Origin: Utricularia gibba | Taxonomy: Eukaryota > Plantae > Magnoliophyta | Direction of reading: 5' to 3' | DNA length: 64,000 nucleotides | Assembly (NCBI GenBank): GCA_002189035.1 | Contig: NEEC01000016.1 | Span: forward strand, 806,001-870,000 | Part shown: piece after piece, positions 35,883 through 48,207 of the stretch | How the letters are laid out: every line of letters begins with the position of its first letter | How positions within the stretch are numbered: position 1 is the stretch's first letter | Made by a program: the position numbers and the translations under genes | The notes under the pieces: generated by a model | What the model was told of the DNA's origin: nothing | What the model saw: only the letters and a program-made list of their open reading frames with translations | Databases searched by the model: none

Positions 35883-37840
35883 ATGCACCGGAGCCTCAAC
35901 CCTCCCCTCTCTTCCTTTCTCTGCTATTATTCTCCATTGCGCGTGGCGGAACCGTCTTCGACGTCACCAACTACGGCGCTAGGGACGACGGAGCCACGGA
36001 TTCAACGGCGGCGTTCCTCAATGCATGGAATGCAGCATGCGCCTCCACCGCGCCTGCGGTGATGAACGTCTCCGGTGGATTCTACCTGATCAAAAATGTG
36101 TTGTTCGGAGGGCCTTGCCGGAGCTTCGTCACCGTCCGGATACTCGGAACTCTCGTCGCCCCGGCGGATTACGGCGAAATAGTGAAGTTGAACTACTGGA
36201 TCATGTTCAAGAGGATCGACGGACTTTCCATCGACGGCGGGACGCTGGACGCCCGGGGAAGAGCTATTGGGGTTGCAAGACATCCAACGGCCCCTGCCCC
36301 TCCTCCGGACCAACGGTAAATGCAGTAAAGAATTTCTTTATTTTTAATAATACAATAATTAAATATACTTAATTGTTATTAAAAAATCAAATATAATATT
36401 ACTAGTTTTTTATTCTAAATATATATATTTTTTAATTATTCTCTTTTACTACAGTTTTAACATTTTTCCACACCATTTGCATACTGAACAATGTAGAAAA
36501 AAATTGGTATTTTTTAATTTAAATTTAATATTTTTTAATGAGTGAAGTTTGACGAAAACACTCTAAATTACCGTCAGTATAAAAAATTTAATTTTAAAAT
36601 TTTAAAATTATATCATAAACTATTCAATTAATTTTTTTTATAAACAATTTACTTTCAAATTTATAAAATTGCATATTTAATCTTTCATATTATTAAAATT
36701 AATCGATTTTGATTTTAATATTGAATTCTATATTTTTAAAAATTAATTCAATTTTTAAAAATTTTGAAAACTGTTTAAATCATTAATATATGGTTTTGAA
36801 AACTTAACGTATTTTTTTAATAATTTTGAAATTTGAGAATTTTAATTTTTTTTTACAACTTTCTTATTTTTTAAATTAAATGACCTACTTTTTTTTTAAA
36901 TACTGTGCTCACATGCGTTGACTTCCCTGATGACAAAGTCATTAACCTTGGGATCGGTGAGGAACGGTAAGATCAGTGGGTTAACGTCGATGAACAGCCT
37001 GCAAATACATATTGCGATCCATGGCTGCACCAACACTTCCTTGACTGGGCTGAAGATTTCAGCACCAGGCGACAGTCCCAACACCGACGGGATTCACGTG
37101 GAGGCTTCGACTGGAACCTGGATCTCATCTTGCACCATCGGCACCGGCGACGACTGCATCTCCATCGGCCCCGGCGCCGTTGCCACTGACATTTCCGGCA
37201 TAGAATGCGGCCCCGGGCATGGCATCAGGTAGCCTTCCCATCCACCCCATTGCGATGGAAACTCGGAACCAGTACTCCTGATTACTCTGCGTTACTGTTG
37301 GATGCTGCAGCATTGGGAGCTTAGGAAGGAATGCAGACGAGGCCGGCGTGCAGGATGTGAGGGTTTCGAACACCAATTTCACTGGGACTACAAACGGGGT
37401 GAGGATCAAGTCATGGGCTAGGCCTAGCAATGGCTTCGTGAACACTGTCCTGTACGAGAAGCTCAGAATGAAGAACGTGCAAAACCCCATTGTCATCGAT
37501 CAAAAATACTGTCCACACAACATCAACTGCCCCACTCAGGTATCTTATGTTGCTTACCTTGTCTTCGCACCCAGATCTCGCAGATCGGCAGCTTTTCCGT
37601 TTGGTTCGTTTGCAACAGAGTTCCGGGATCAAAATCGACGACGTCAGGTACAAAAATATCGATGGGAGTTCGGCAACACGAGTGGCAATAACACACAGAT
37701 GCAGCTCAAGCAATCCTTGCACCAACCTGCTCCTCGCTGATGTAAATCTCAGCTATAGCGGCCCGGGGCCTGCGGCCTCCTACTGCGAGAATGTACAAGG
37801 CACCGCCTTTGGGACCGTTTCTCCGACGAGCTGCTTCTAG
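35883..37840 (+). pseudogene. Polygalacturonase copy 2 with two apparent 1-bp deletions in exon 1
   Basis: ATG 35883 is out of frame with LFLSLLLFSIARGGTVFDV. The frame shifts again at GGGG 36255-36258 (TLDARG to KSYWGCK). Exons 36939-37228, 37311-37539 and 37619-37840 are intact with NTDG, GDDC, GPGHG, RIKS. Confidence 0.7.
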
Positions 37841-38695
37841 ACCGGCGGATCGTGTGGATCGGAATACGAGATACCGAGATGGAAGTTCGTGTATAAGTAT
37901 AGGGCACGAGTATCCGTATCACGTATTCAGTTTACAAATAGCTTTAGTTTTACTGACTTACGAGTAATGTCATTCATAAAACCCCCAATAACCCTTCATT
38001 TATGTATACTAAACCACATATTCAAAAAATGAGTATAATATTAATATAATCATACAAGATTTGGTATATACATGTTAATTAAATTTCATTTGATAGTAAC
38101 GTATTAATATGTTTAAATATATTGTAATTTAATATATATATATATACTCAATTATATATAATATTTGATATACAATAATAAAATTTTCAATATGTAAATA
38201 ATATAAATATAATTAGTTGCTTATTTTGTATACCACCTATATACTCAAAAAATGAGTATCTGAATGATATAAACATATATATACTAGTTAATCAATTAAC
38301 GGTATATGTGTAAATTTGAATATAAACTTTTTATACCCAACTCTTAAAACACATTTTTAATAAAATAGTGATTTATGTGTAAACTTGAAGAATTGCGACC
38401 TTTAATAGGTTAGTTTCACTTCAATATTGACTTTAATTTAATTTCATAAAATTATTTCTTCATTTTATACAACAAATTAAATGTTCATCATTGAAATTAC
38501 TGCATAATATATAGTTTATGTAGGAAGCTGTAAGAAAATGTGAAGGAAAAACGATTGGACGGGTAGGCTGCTGGGCGACTCTTTTTGCAGCCTCACGTGT
38601 TGACGTTAAATATCTCCGGGTGAATTCTCCGAGGAGAAGCTGCTGAGGAGAACGGCAACATTTTCTTTTGCTCACCTTGTTGCTCTAGAAGAGAC

Positions 38696-40715
38696 ATGAT
38701 TTGGGTGTCGAGATTGATGCGGCGACAATCGCCGCTAAATGTCGCCGGCATGTGCTACTCGTCGGCGGCCGCAGTGGAGGCGGAGAAGAGCATAAAAAGT
38801 GGCCCCAGAAATGACTGGACCCGGCAAGAAATCAAGTCCATCTACGAATCGCCTATTCTTGACCTTCTATTTCACGGTGTATGTTGCCCGCATTATTGTT
38901 CTTGTTTACTCAATTTCGTTTTTGCGGAGAAAACGAAGATATGCGTCTTGAGCATTGTGTTCGATTGTGATTTCGGAATTGGCTGGTCTGCATTGCTGTA
39001 GAGACCTGAGCTGTTGCAATTTTAGAAGTGCACATTGTTTTCATTTCCATCTTGGTCATTGGTTACTGTTTTTGCAGGCTCAAGTTCATAGGCATGCCCA
39101 CAACTTCAGGGAAGTTCAGCAGTGTACGCTTTTATCAATTAAGACGGGTGGATGCAGCGAGGATTGCTCATACTGCCCTCAGTCGTCTAGATATAGCACC
39201 GGAGTAAAAGCCCAAAGGCTTATGGATAAAGATGCTGTCTTGGAATCCGCAAAAAAGGTAAGCCGATGCACTTCACGATTAGTATTTGAAGAATATGCAG
39301 ATCAGCTATTTTTCCAATCTGGTCCTTGTTTTTCATGTGAATCTGTTAAGCCGATGCACTTCACGATTAACAGGCAAAAGAGGCTGGTAGCACTCGTTTC
39401 TGTATGGGTGCAGCATGGAGAAACACGACTGGCAGAAAAACCAATTTTAGCCAGATATTAGAATATGTGAAAGAGATCAGGTAGTTGACTTTGAGGGAAT
39501 CAAGCAGTTTGATATATCAAGCCTTATGATTCTTGATCATTTTTTATCCTCATCTTCTTCTGTTCTTAGTTCGGTTTAGGAGCTCCCTCCTTTTTTTTTT
39601 CATTTTTGGCACGCATGAGAATGACATTTACCAAAATTCTTGGATTGCTGCTCTTCTCAATGTAGCCTTATCCAGATGAACTCTCAGTGCCTTTTTTATG
39701 TTTTCAAAATTTACCCTTCAAAAGGGGCATGGGAATGGAGGTGTGCTGCACATTGGGAATGCTGGAAAAAGAGCAAGCACTGGAACTCAAGAAAGCAGGT
39801 CTTACAGCATACAATCACAATCTTGATACTTCTAGAGAATACTACCCTAAGATTATAACAACAAGAACATATGAGGACCGCCTGCAGACCCTCGAACATG
39901 TCCGTGAAGCAGGCATCAACGTTTGTTCAGGTATTCCAAGTGTAGAAACTGCTTAACAGTATGTTTTACTTACTGAGTTTTGGTCATGCTAAGATCTGAA
40001 GATGAAGGTTTTTTTTTTTTTTCCAGAGATTGCATATTTTCTGGGATATTCAGGGTCATGAGTAATCATGTGTTGTTTTTCTAAGCCAAATTCTATGTAA
40101 AATATGACTACTGTATGGTTGAATTAGGAGGAATAATTGGACTGGGAGAAGCCGAGGAGGATAGGGTCGGATTGTTACATGTATTATCTACGCTTCCTTC
40201 TCACCCGGAGAGCGTTCCAATCAATGCCCTGGTCGCAGTGAAAGGCACCCCTCTCGAAGATCAAAAGGTATGCACCACTACAATAGTGAGAATTTTCAGT
40301 ATCGCTATATACTTCAATGTAATGTGTGTGGCAGCCTTATGTTGCATTGTGTTCAAACATGCTCAGGGGCTTTGTACGCAAATATTTAACCATATGTTGC
40401 TCTGTCCAGCCAGTTGATATCTGGGAGATGATTAGGATGATTGCAACTGCACGCATTGTGATGCCAAAGGCCATGGTCCGACTTTCAGCTGGGAGAGTTC
40501 GTTTCTCCGTGCCAGAGCAGGCACTCTGCTTCCTTGCTGGAGCGAACTCCATCTTCACTGGGGAGAAACTACTAACAACCCCAAACAATGACTATGATGC
40601 TGATCAACTGATGTTCAAACTGCTTGGGCTCATTCCAAAACCTCCGGATTTCTCCAGAGACGAAAATGTTGAAGATGAGAAAGTTGGGATGACAGCAGCT
40701 GTGAGTTCAGGGTGA
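38696..40715 (+). CDS. BIO2: Biotin synthase (radical SAM), mitochondrial
   Basis: [23 protein letters not shown] (CxxxCxxC), [62 protein letters not shown]. Confidence 0.96.
39259..39369 (+). repeat. Exact 23-bp direct repeat at both ends of a BIO2 intron
   Basis: TAAGCCGATGCACTTCACGATTA at 39259-39281 and 39347-39369; the intron spans 39258-39373. Confidence 0.9.
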
Positions 40716-41071
40716 GGCGGCCATGAAAGTGTTACCATTGTGGAGCTACGGTAATGCTAGTGAAATGCTGGGGAGAATGCCTCAAACTATCAAGGAATTT
40801 GCAGTTAAGTATTTGTAGTGTACATGACATTCCCCTGCGAATGAAACTAAGACAACCAGGACTCTTCTTTGAAGGTATTCTCCCACATAAAAAAAAATAT
40901 TCATCAATTTGTAGTTACGCTTATTTTGGATCATACCACTGCTGTAGTTTGTGAAGCATCACATCTGATATGATCTACGAGATGAGAAGCAGAACATGAC
41001 TCAAGTGCCATTCTCTTTCATTCGAGATGTTTATGGATGCAGAATCAGCATCAAAGATTGACAAATTGCGG

Positions 41072-41265
41072 TCACTGGGCACTGGGTCGTCTGTATGGCC
41101 TGTACCAATGGTCCTTTGAGGCGTTCTTTCTCTTCCTGTTGGCAATATATGCTTCAAGCTTCCCAAATTCCTGCAATGCTAACAGAAGCATTTCATTTGC
41201 CACGACGGTTTCACTTTCCTTACCTTTAGTTCACCATGCTCATCAATAAGCTTTTGCTTCCGCAG
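41072..41265 (-). pseudogene. Orphan 3' fragment of an rRNA biogenesis protein RRP36-like gene
   Basis: LRKQKLIDEHGELK, GT-AG intron 41223-41171, then EFGKLEAYIANRKRKNASKDHWYRPYRRPSAQ*. Resembles the recalled RRP36 C-terminus. In-frame TGA just upstream and no 5' exons found. Confidence 0.65.
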
Positions 41266-41377
41266 CTGGACTCACTTCTCATCGGTAATACAAAACTGAA
41301 CTGTTTGCACAGAATACATTAGAAGGTGCAGCCCCATTCGATGGCGAAAGAGTCTCTGGTGCGAGGAGGGAGCAGGT

Positions 41378-41741
41378 TGTTGAAATTCAGTATTTGATGG
41401 GTCACACAAATGTACATATGAAGCTCAATTACATAATAAACGTGTATCATATTAAACGATAAAAATTAAATCGATTTATGATCTGATCACTACCTATAAT
41501 CATACAAAAATAAAAACAAACATAAGTCGTAATCGGATCGAGGACTAGTTCGATTTGAGAGCGGGTGTTAAAATACATAATTCTACATCGAAAAATGAAA
41601 GTGAAATAATTTGAATATATAAGAAATTACATATCATTAATAATCGATTGAATTTAATATTTTTTAATGTAATTTATATTTATTATATATTTGGGCTTCA
41701 CGTGTATATTTGTCCGATCCATCACATCCTGAATTTCAACA
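41378..41741. mobile_element. MITE-like element with 63-bp terminal inverted repeats
   Basis: 41378-41440 versus the reverse complement of 41679-41741 match at 52/63 by manual alignment; non-coding AT-rich interior; no TSD evident. Confidence 0.75.
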
Positions 41742-41749
41742 CGGGTTAC

Positions 41750-42090
41750 TTCTGGCCTGATGTTCCATTTCATGGCCTGGTCCGCTGTTCCATGGCTTGG
41801 CCCAGCCTGGTCTTCCATTGCCTGGCCATCCTACGTGGCTCCGCCTTGTTTACGTGCCCAAGCCCAGTCCATGCTGTGGCCTAATTGGACTGGGTCAGAT
41901 CGATCTTTTGTGATCTAGCCCAGACTGCGTGTCCCAGCTCCGGCCGCCCGGCTCATCGCGATCTTCCGTGGCCTGATCTACCGTTGGGTTTGTGGCTTGT
42001 CCCTAACCTGGCTGGACCAGGCCGTGGTCCGATTCTCCGTTGGAGTACATGGGGCGGATGCCACCATCCCTGGCCAGATCTAATTTCTTA
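41750..42090. repeat. GC-rich degenerate TGGCC-based repeat block upstream of ARP4
   Basis: Recurrent (A/C)TGGCCTG..TTCC units of roughly 20-25 bp; much higher GC than the flanks. Confidence 0.4.
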
Positions 42091-42125
42091 AACAAAAAAG
42101 ACTGCATAACCCCCATTTCTCAACA

Positions 42126-42134
42126 TTAGGGTTT
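42126..42134. promoter_or_regulatory. Telo-box upstream of ARP4
   Basis: TTAGGGTTT before the probable 5'UTR exon, whose donor lies near 42231 and acceptor near 42712. Confidence 0.45.
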
Positions 42135-42761
42135 TAGAAACAAGAAATGGAATCTGGAGGCGAATAAAGCTGGGAAATAAATCTCGCCAAACCTTAGTTG
42201 TGCTGGATTTGGCGCGCTACCGTCGGAAAGGTGGGAACCTGACAATTTTAGAGAGCCATAGTTTGATTTTACTGTAATTTGACTGCTTCTGTTCCCACAA
42301 CGTAATTCCTTTTTGTACTTGAGTCACTGAGGAGCTTTTTGCTTTTCCAGTTGCATTAGAATGTAGGTACCTTGTAGCATGCCTATCGTGGATAAATTCT
42401 ATAATGGGGTCAGTTTGCTTGTTCGCTCATTTGGCAAAATAAGTAGCAGAATCACCTGTTACGATTTTCAGTTTATAGAAGACAGTGCGAAATATTGAGC
42501 TTCGTTAAGTTTTTGTCCGGTTACAATTTGAGGTTTATAGAAGAAAGTGGCCCCTTCATGCTGTGGCATAGCTGTTATATCTGATGCGATCATGTGTATG
42601 TACAGCTATCTTTGTTCCTTCTAGAGATAATCCTCCTTAACGCAGCCGTATTTGATGAGTTTGTTTTGGCTCAGCATACATGTACAGAATTGTAATTTTT
42701 TTTTTTTTGCAGTTTCGTGAAGCAAAATTGCACATAGAGCAGGAAAAAGAAATTACGAATT

Positions 42762-45700
42762 ATGTACGGAGGAGGTGAGATCAGACTTTTCTGTCTCATT
42801 TCCTGCAATAATAAATACATCCATACACATACATATGACATGATTATTCAAACACTATTGTTTTTTGTTTCAGATGAGGTATCAGCAATAGTGGTGGACT
42901 TAGGTTCCCACACCTGCAAAGCTGGTTATGCTGGTGAAGATGCTCCTAAGGCCGTCTTTCCATCTGTATGTCTAGCTAATCAGTCTTGCTCATTTTTAAA
43001 AAAATACTCCCTCTCATGATCTCTTTCTACTGTAGTACAATGGTTTCCTGGTTGCTGTTTTATTTGTTCAAAATGAGTAACTTTGAACTTCAATTTTTTG
43101 CTTACCTTTTTATTGCTATTAGCAAACATGAAGACTGCCCAGGTTACAGCATCCTTTTTTGTTTTTTCTGGAAAATTTGTGAGAATTATATTTGAGGTAG
43201 CATAAACTCATTCCATATGTTTCTAAACAGACGAAGGTATAATGGAAGGTGTAGAACATGATATTCAACTTCATTTTTTTTTTATTTTGATTATGCTCGT
43301 CTAATGTTTGCAGCCAGCGTAAATTCTTTTTGCTATAAATAGAATTCAAATGATCCGTACAATTGGCTTATGCGTTATTGAGGAAATTCAAAACATGGTT
43401 TTGGATGCCTCAGTTATGTGCAACTGATTTCATAGCATAAACTTGTTAAACTTTTCCGGTTTCTCTCGTCATGACTGTTTTTAATGCTTGAATTAGGTTG
43501 TTGGGTCAATTGATGAAATGGAGGTTGATGTGGCTGATAACCCAGAGAAGAACTCTGGGTTTGGCACAGATTCTAAATCCAGGGGCAAGCGTAAATTGTA
43601 TGTAGGATCACAGGACTTGGGGTTTCGCAGGGATTTCATGGAGGTCCGTGGCTTTCGTTTTATTCCTAAGCTCTTTGGCGAGTGATGCATAATTTAATAT
43701 TTAAACCTCGAAATGACTTTTCAGGTAATTTCACCGCTTAGAGATGGAGTTGTCGTTGACTGGGACATAGTTGAGAACATATGGGACCATGCTTTGAGGT
43801 TGCTGATATTTGTTTCAAAAATCTTTATTATTTGACCTTTCTATCGATAACATACGTTGTTTTCTTTAATCTATTATGCATCCCTCACAGGAAGTGCCTA
43901 TTAATTGATCCGAAGGAGCATCCGATGCTCCTTGCTGAACCATGCACAAATGCTCAGCAGCCAAGAGAAAAGTAAGATGGATGTTCTGGATATTTCAAGT
44001 ACTTAGTTTATGATTGACGCTCTTTGATTTAATAATATTGTGTTGCCCATTGTATTCTGTTGATGGTGTTAATATCTTACTCTGCATGGATGGTGCCATA
44101 ATCTGGTCACTTACTAGTCTATATGCATCGCAGGACTGCTGAGATCATGTTTGAGAAATTCCAAGTTCCAGCATTATTTTTGGCCAAGAACGCTGTTAGT
44201 TCTCTGCCATCCTACCTAGCTTTGCATCTCTGCTAGCTGCCTTCTTTTTAAAAGTCGTTCTTGAAATTCCAGGTCCTCACATCTTTTGCAACTGGACGTG
44301 CAACAGCTTTTGTGGTTGATTGGTACATATTTTGTTTCTGATTTTTCATATTAGTATCACCGAACTTATTTGTCTTGAAATGAATAATAATTGGATGATG
44401 TTGCTTCGTATTTGATACGTGATCGATTATTTTCATTTGTAAAAGTATTAAATGCTTTCTTTAGTGTTTTTTTATTTGTTTTATCCAACGCTACTATTTC
44501 TCGTCCATAATATTGTTGTAGTCTTGAGTTCCTATTCATTTGACGGTGATGTTATATTTAAATCACCAAGAAAGATTTTTTAAATTGTCATATTTTTTCT
44601 AAGTTTTTTTGAAGACTTTTGTCACTCTCTTTTCTTGCCCTTTCTTATTTTTCTTTTTTATCTATATTTGTTCCCGAAGAAGGATTTTGTTGTATTTATA
44701 TTCTTTTGATTGTAGAGATGTGAACCGGATTTCTTTATCCATGGTTTTCCTTAAAATATTTTGTTGAACCATGATCGCTTTTCATGGAAACACCTGGTGC
44801 TGCAAAGTGTATTTTTTTAAGATTATGATGTCTATATTGAGCTCTCTGTCTCTGTATTCTTATGTTCCTTTTGGTTTGAATGTGCATTTTATTAATTGAT
44901 GCTATGTTTCTGGACTCAGTGGTGGAGGATCAACTACCGTAGCCCCTGTACATGATGGGTATGTTATTCAGAAGGTAATGCCAAGCATTCTGGGAAATGC
45001 TCTTTGAATGAACCCATTAATTTCACATTTCCCCTTCAATATTTTGTTCATGTGTGTTGTAGGCTGTCGGCATATCTCCTGTTGGTGGGGAATTTCTTAC
45101 TGATTGCTTGTTAAAGAGCCTCGAATATAGAGGCGTCTCTGTGAGTAGTCTTTATCAACCTACAAGCGAAAAGATTTGATCCTCAGGCCGATGATATTTT
45201 ATTTAATCCGTTTTTTTTTACATGGAAATGTCTAATTTGTAGATAAAGCCTCGGTATGCCTTTAAGAGGAAAGAAGTTCGGTCTGGTGAATTCCAGGTGC
45301 TGACATTGTTTATCACCTTTTCTTTTTTTAGGTCATAATGATAAGAAAAATCAGTAGAGATTTAGAACATTTGATTTAAAGATCAAAACAGGTTTAATAA
45401 CCAACAGTCTTGAGTAATAGAAGAAAGGTGCTTATTTTTAATTTCATTTCTTCGTCTTCCTGTTTGCTGTTTGCAAGTTTGGCACTCCATGTCTGCATCT
45501 TTCAGTTTTCTCATGTAAACAATTTTTAACCTTTGAGATGCCCCAATATGCATCTTGCAGACAGTAGATGTCGACTTTCCATATACAACTGAAAGTTACA
45601 AACTCTACTCCCAGGTAATTGACTAGCATGATTTCATTAACTGTTCAGCATTCCTTTGTCATTGAGTTTCATTCTGTTGACAGAGGGTGATTGTTGGTGA

Positions 45701-47833
45701 TATTAAAGAATCCGTTTGTCGTGTTCCAGATACCCTCTATGATGGTTAGTGCCATCCTTTTCTAGGTTGATGTACGTGCTATGTGATTTTTTACTTAACT
45801 AGTTCTGATATCAATGGAGTACTCTTGTTGTTGTTGAAGATTTTGAATTTCTTATTACTCAGAGCAATTGCTCGCTTTGTGTTATGTTACTGTAGAATGG
45901 AAATGCTCTGCGCTAACATCATTCATTTTCATCAGAAACCTCGTATTCAAACATTCCAATGACATCCTATGAACTTCCAGATGGACAGTAAGTTTTATTT
46001 TACTTTCATTCATGCACTTATTATTGCCCTTATTTTCATGTGCTTATGGATTGATGCCAGTCATTCTGTAGTTTTCGATGCATTTTATGCTAGTTAACCT
46101 TAAAAAAAATGGCATATCAAAATGTAAACTCACACTTGATTACTAAATATTATGTATTCAAAGTATTGCCCAATGATCACTTGATTCAATTTTTTGTCCC
46201 ACTGCTTCTAATGTTTTATTAAATTAATAAAATGATTAGGACGATTGAAGTAGGAGCTGAGAGATTCAAAATCCCCGACATCCTATTTAATCCATCCTCG
46301 GTTCAGGTTTGTTTTCCATAACCTCTTGTAACCTTTAAGAAATGTTTACTTTGCGCCATGTGTAATTGTTTTTGTTGCAAACTGTCTTAAAGTTTGCTTC
46401 ATTAAGTGAATTTTTTTATGGACTTTCAACCTTGTTGTGCTTGTTCTTTCATTTTCAAGAAATGTTGCAACTGTATTGTTGAAGCTATTACATTCTTTCT
46501 TATTCTGTATTTCGTTTTCTTTATTTTTCCGCTCTTTCAGACTATTCCTGGAATGGAAGGTTTTGGAGAGACGGTTCCATATGCTCGTGGTCTCCCCCAA
46601 ATGGTGAATTATCTCACTCAAATAGTCCACAATAAGATCGCTTGTTATGTTTGGCCCCTGATTGAATCAACGGTCTGTAATGAATTTCCAGGTTATTGAG
46701 AGTATAAACAAATGTGATGTCGATATTCGAAGAGAGCTTTTCAGCAACATACTGGTAAGTTGTTTGCTTCAGCGTTATCTTTGATCACAATAGTTAATTG
46801 TCTTGCCAGCTAGGTTCTTCATGCTTTTTTTTGATAGGTCCACATTTTTGTATTTCTATTTGCCTGCTATAATTTTATCTACAATATTCCAAGCATCCGT
46901 AGTACACCATTGTGAACAGAGTACATGGTTGATTCAGTGCCATGACTGTTGGGGGATACATTTGGTTAACTTTTTTTTATTTTTGCCTTATGGAGCTTGC
47001 TGGAGGGTCAGCATCAATGCAACAGCTGAAGGAACGTGTTGAAAAGGATCTGCTGGAGGTTCTTTCTTATCTCCATAATTAGGAATATCGTGTTTTTTTT
47101 TTCGCCATTCTGGTCCTGATTCCAGCCTCGAAACGTTTGACCCATCTGATCCCAATTAACTCTTCTGCTGAACCCATCATTTTGATAATGGATGGTCTCT
47201 GAATAGAAAAAACAACCTGCTCTAGATAATGGTACTATGGTAGACTCGTAAAGATTAAAGTTGATAGTCTAGAATGAAAGTGTGATGACAGGTTGACTGA
47301 TTGTTTAGCTAATTGCTAGTAATTGGATCCCAATCCTTGTGTTCCCAGGAGTCTCCTCAAGCTGCAAGGGTTAAGGTGCTGGCCAGTGGAAATGCTACCG
47401 AAAGGAGATTCAGGTTGGTTATAACCTTATTTCGGTTTTCTGTTACTACATTGCTTTGGGCCAATCCAATTGGAACCTTCCCTTGTTGGTCCCATCCAAC
47501 CTCCATATAACGACTACCAGTTTTTTTTTCAAAAACAAATCAGCAAGAACTCAGCAGCTGCTATATAACTGCTGTTAGTTTACATTCTGGAATGATGTTT
47601 GTCGCCTATCTGTGCAGTGTCTGGATCGGAGGAAGTATATTGGCATCACTTGGCTCCTTCCAGCAAATGTGGTTCTCTAAGTCGGAGTATGTTTTAGTTT
47701 GTGTCCCAACCACCTGACTTTCAGTCAATTCTCTGCCATATCCATCAATTAATTTAAACCATGCTCCCCTCCCTCGCTGTATGACAGGTATGAAGAACAT
47801 GGAGCTTCATACATCCAACGAAAATGCCCCTAA
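42762..47833 (+). CDS. ARP4: Actin-related protein 4 (nuclear; chromatin remodelling)
   Basis: MYGG|[85 protein letters not shown], ending YIQRKCP*; about 20 exons traced. Confidence 0.95.
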
Positions 47834-48207
47834 CATGCTCACAAAACTGGCATGTCTAACTTGGTTTCCTACTCAGAACTCGCGCAACCGACTAGCGTAG
47901 TATGCACATTGTGTTATGCAGCCGTAGTAGATTTCAATATGAACAGAGGACTTTTATACCACTTCTAGATCGAGAGTGTTTGGTAGGGCAGAGGTCAATT
48001 CGCAAACCAGCCAAGAAAGTCACTAGCAACACCACCTAGTTCATCAAAATGCGATGCAATGCTCGTACAATGGACAAATCCCATCAGACAGACTCAAGAA
48101 TGGCAAATAGTTGTGCCAGATGGGTGTATAAATAGGACTTTACCTTTAAAGAATGAGGTTCGAACTAATTCGCGATATCTGACAAGAACCAGACTTGCAA
48201 CGCTGTA

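Noticed and set aside
37860-38350. Possible hAT-type MITE with repeated CAAAAAATGAGTAT and GTATAC motifs
   Set aside because: Internal repeats are visible but no TIR pair or TSD could be defined.
17903-40715. ACS + lyase + BIO2 as an acetate/biotin metabolic gene cluster
   Set aside because: The genes are interrupted by unrelated genes and target different compartments, and adjacency is explained by ancestral synteny.
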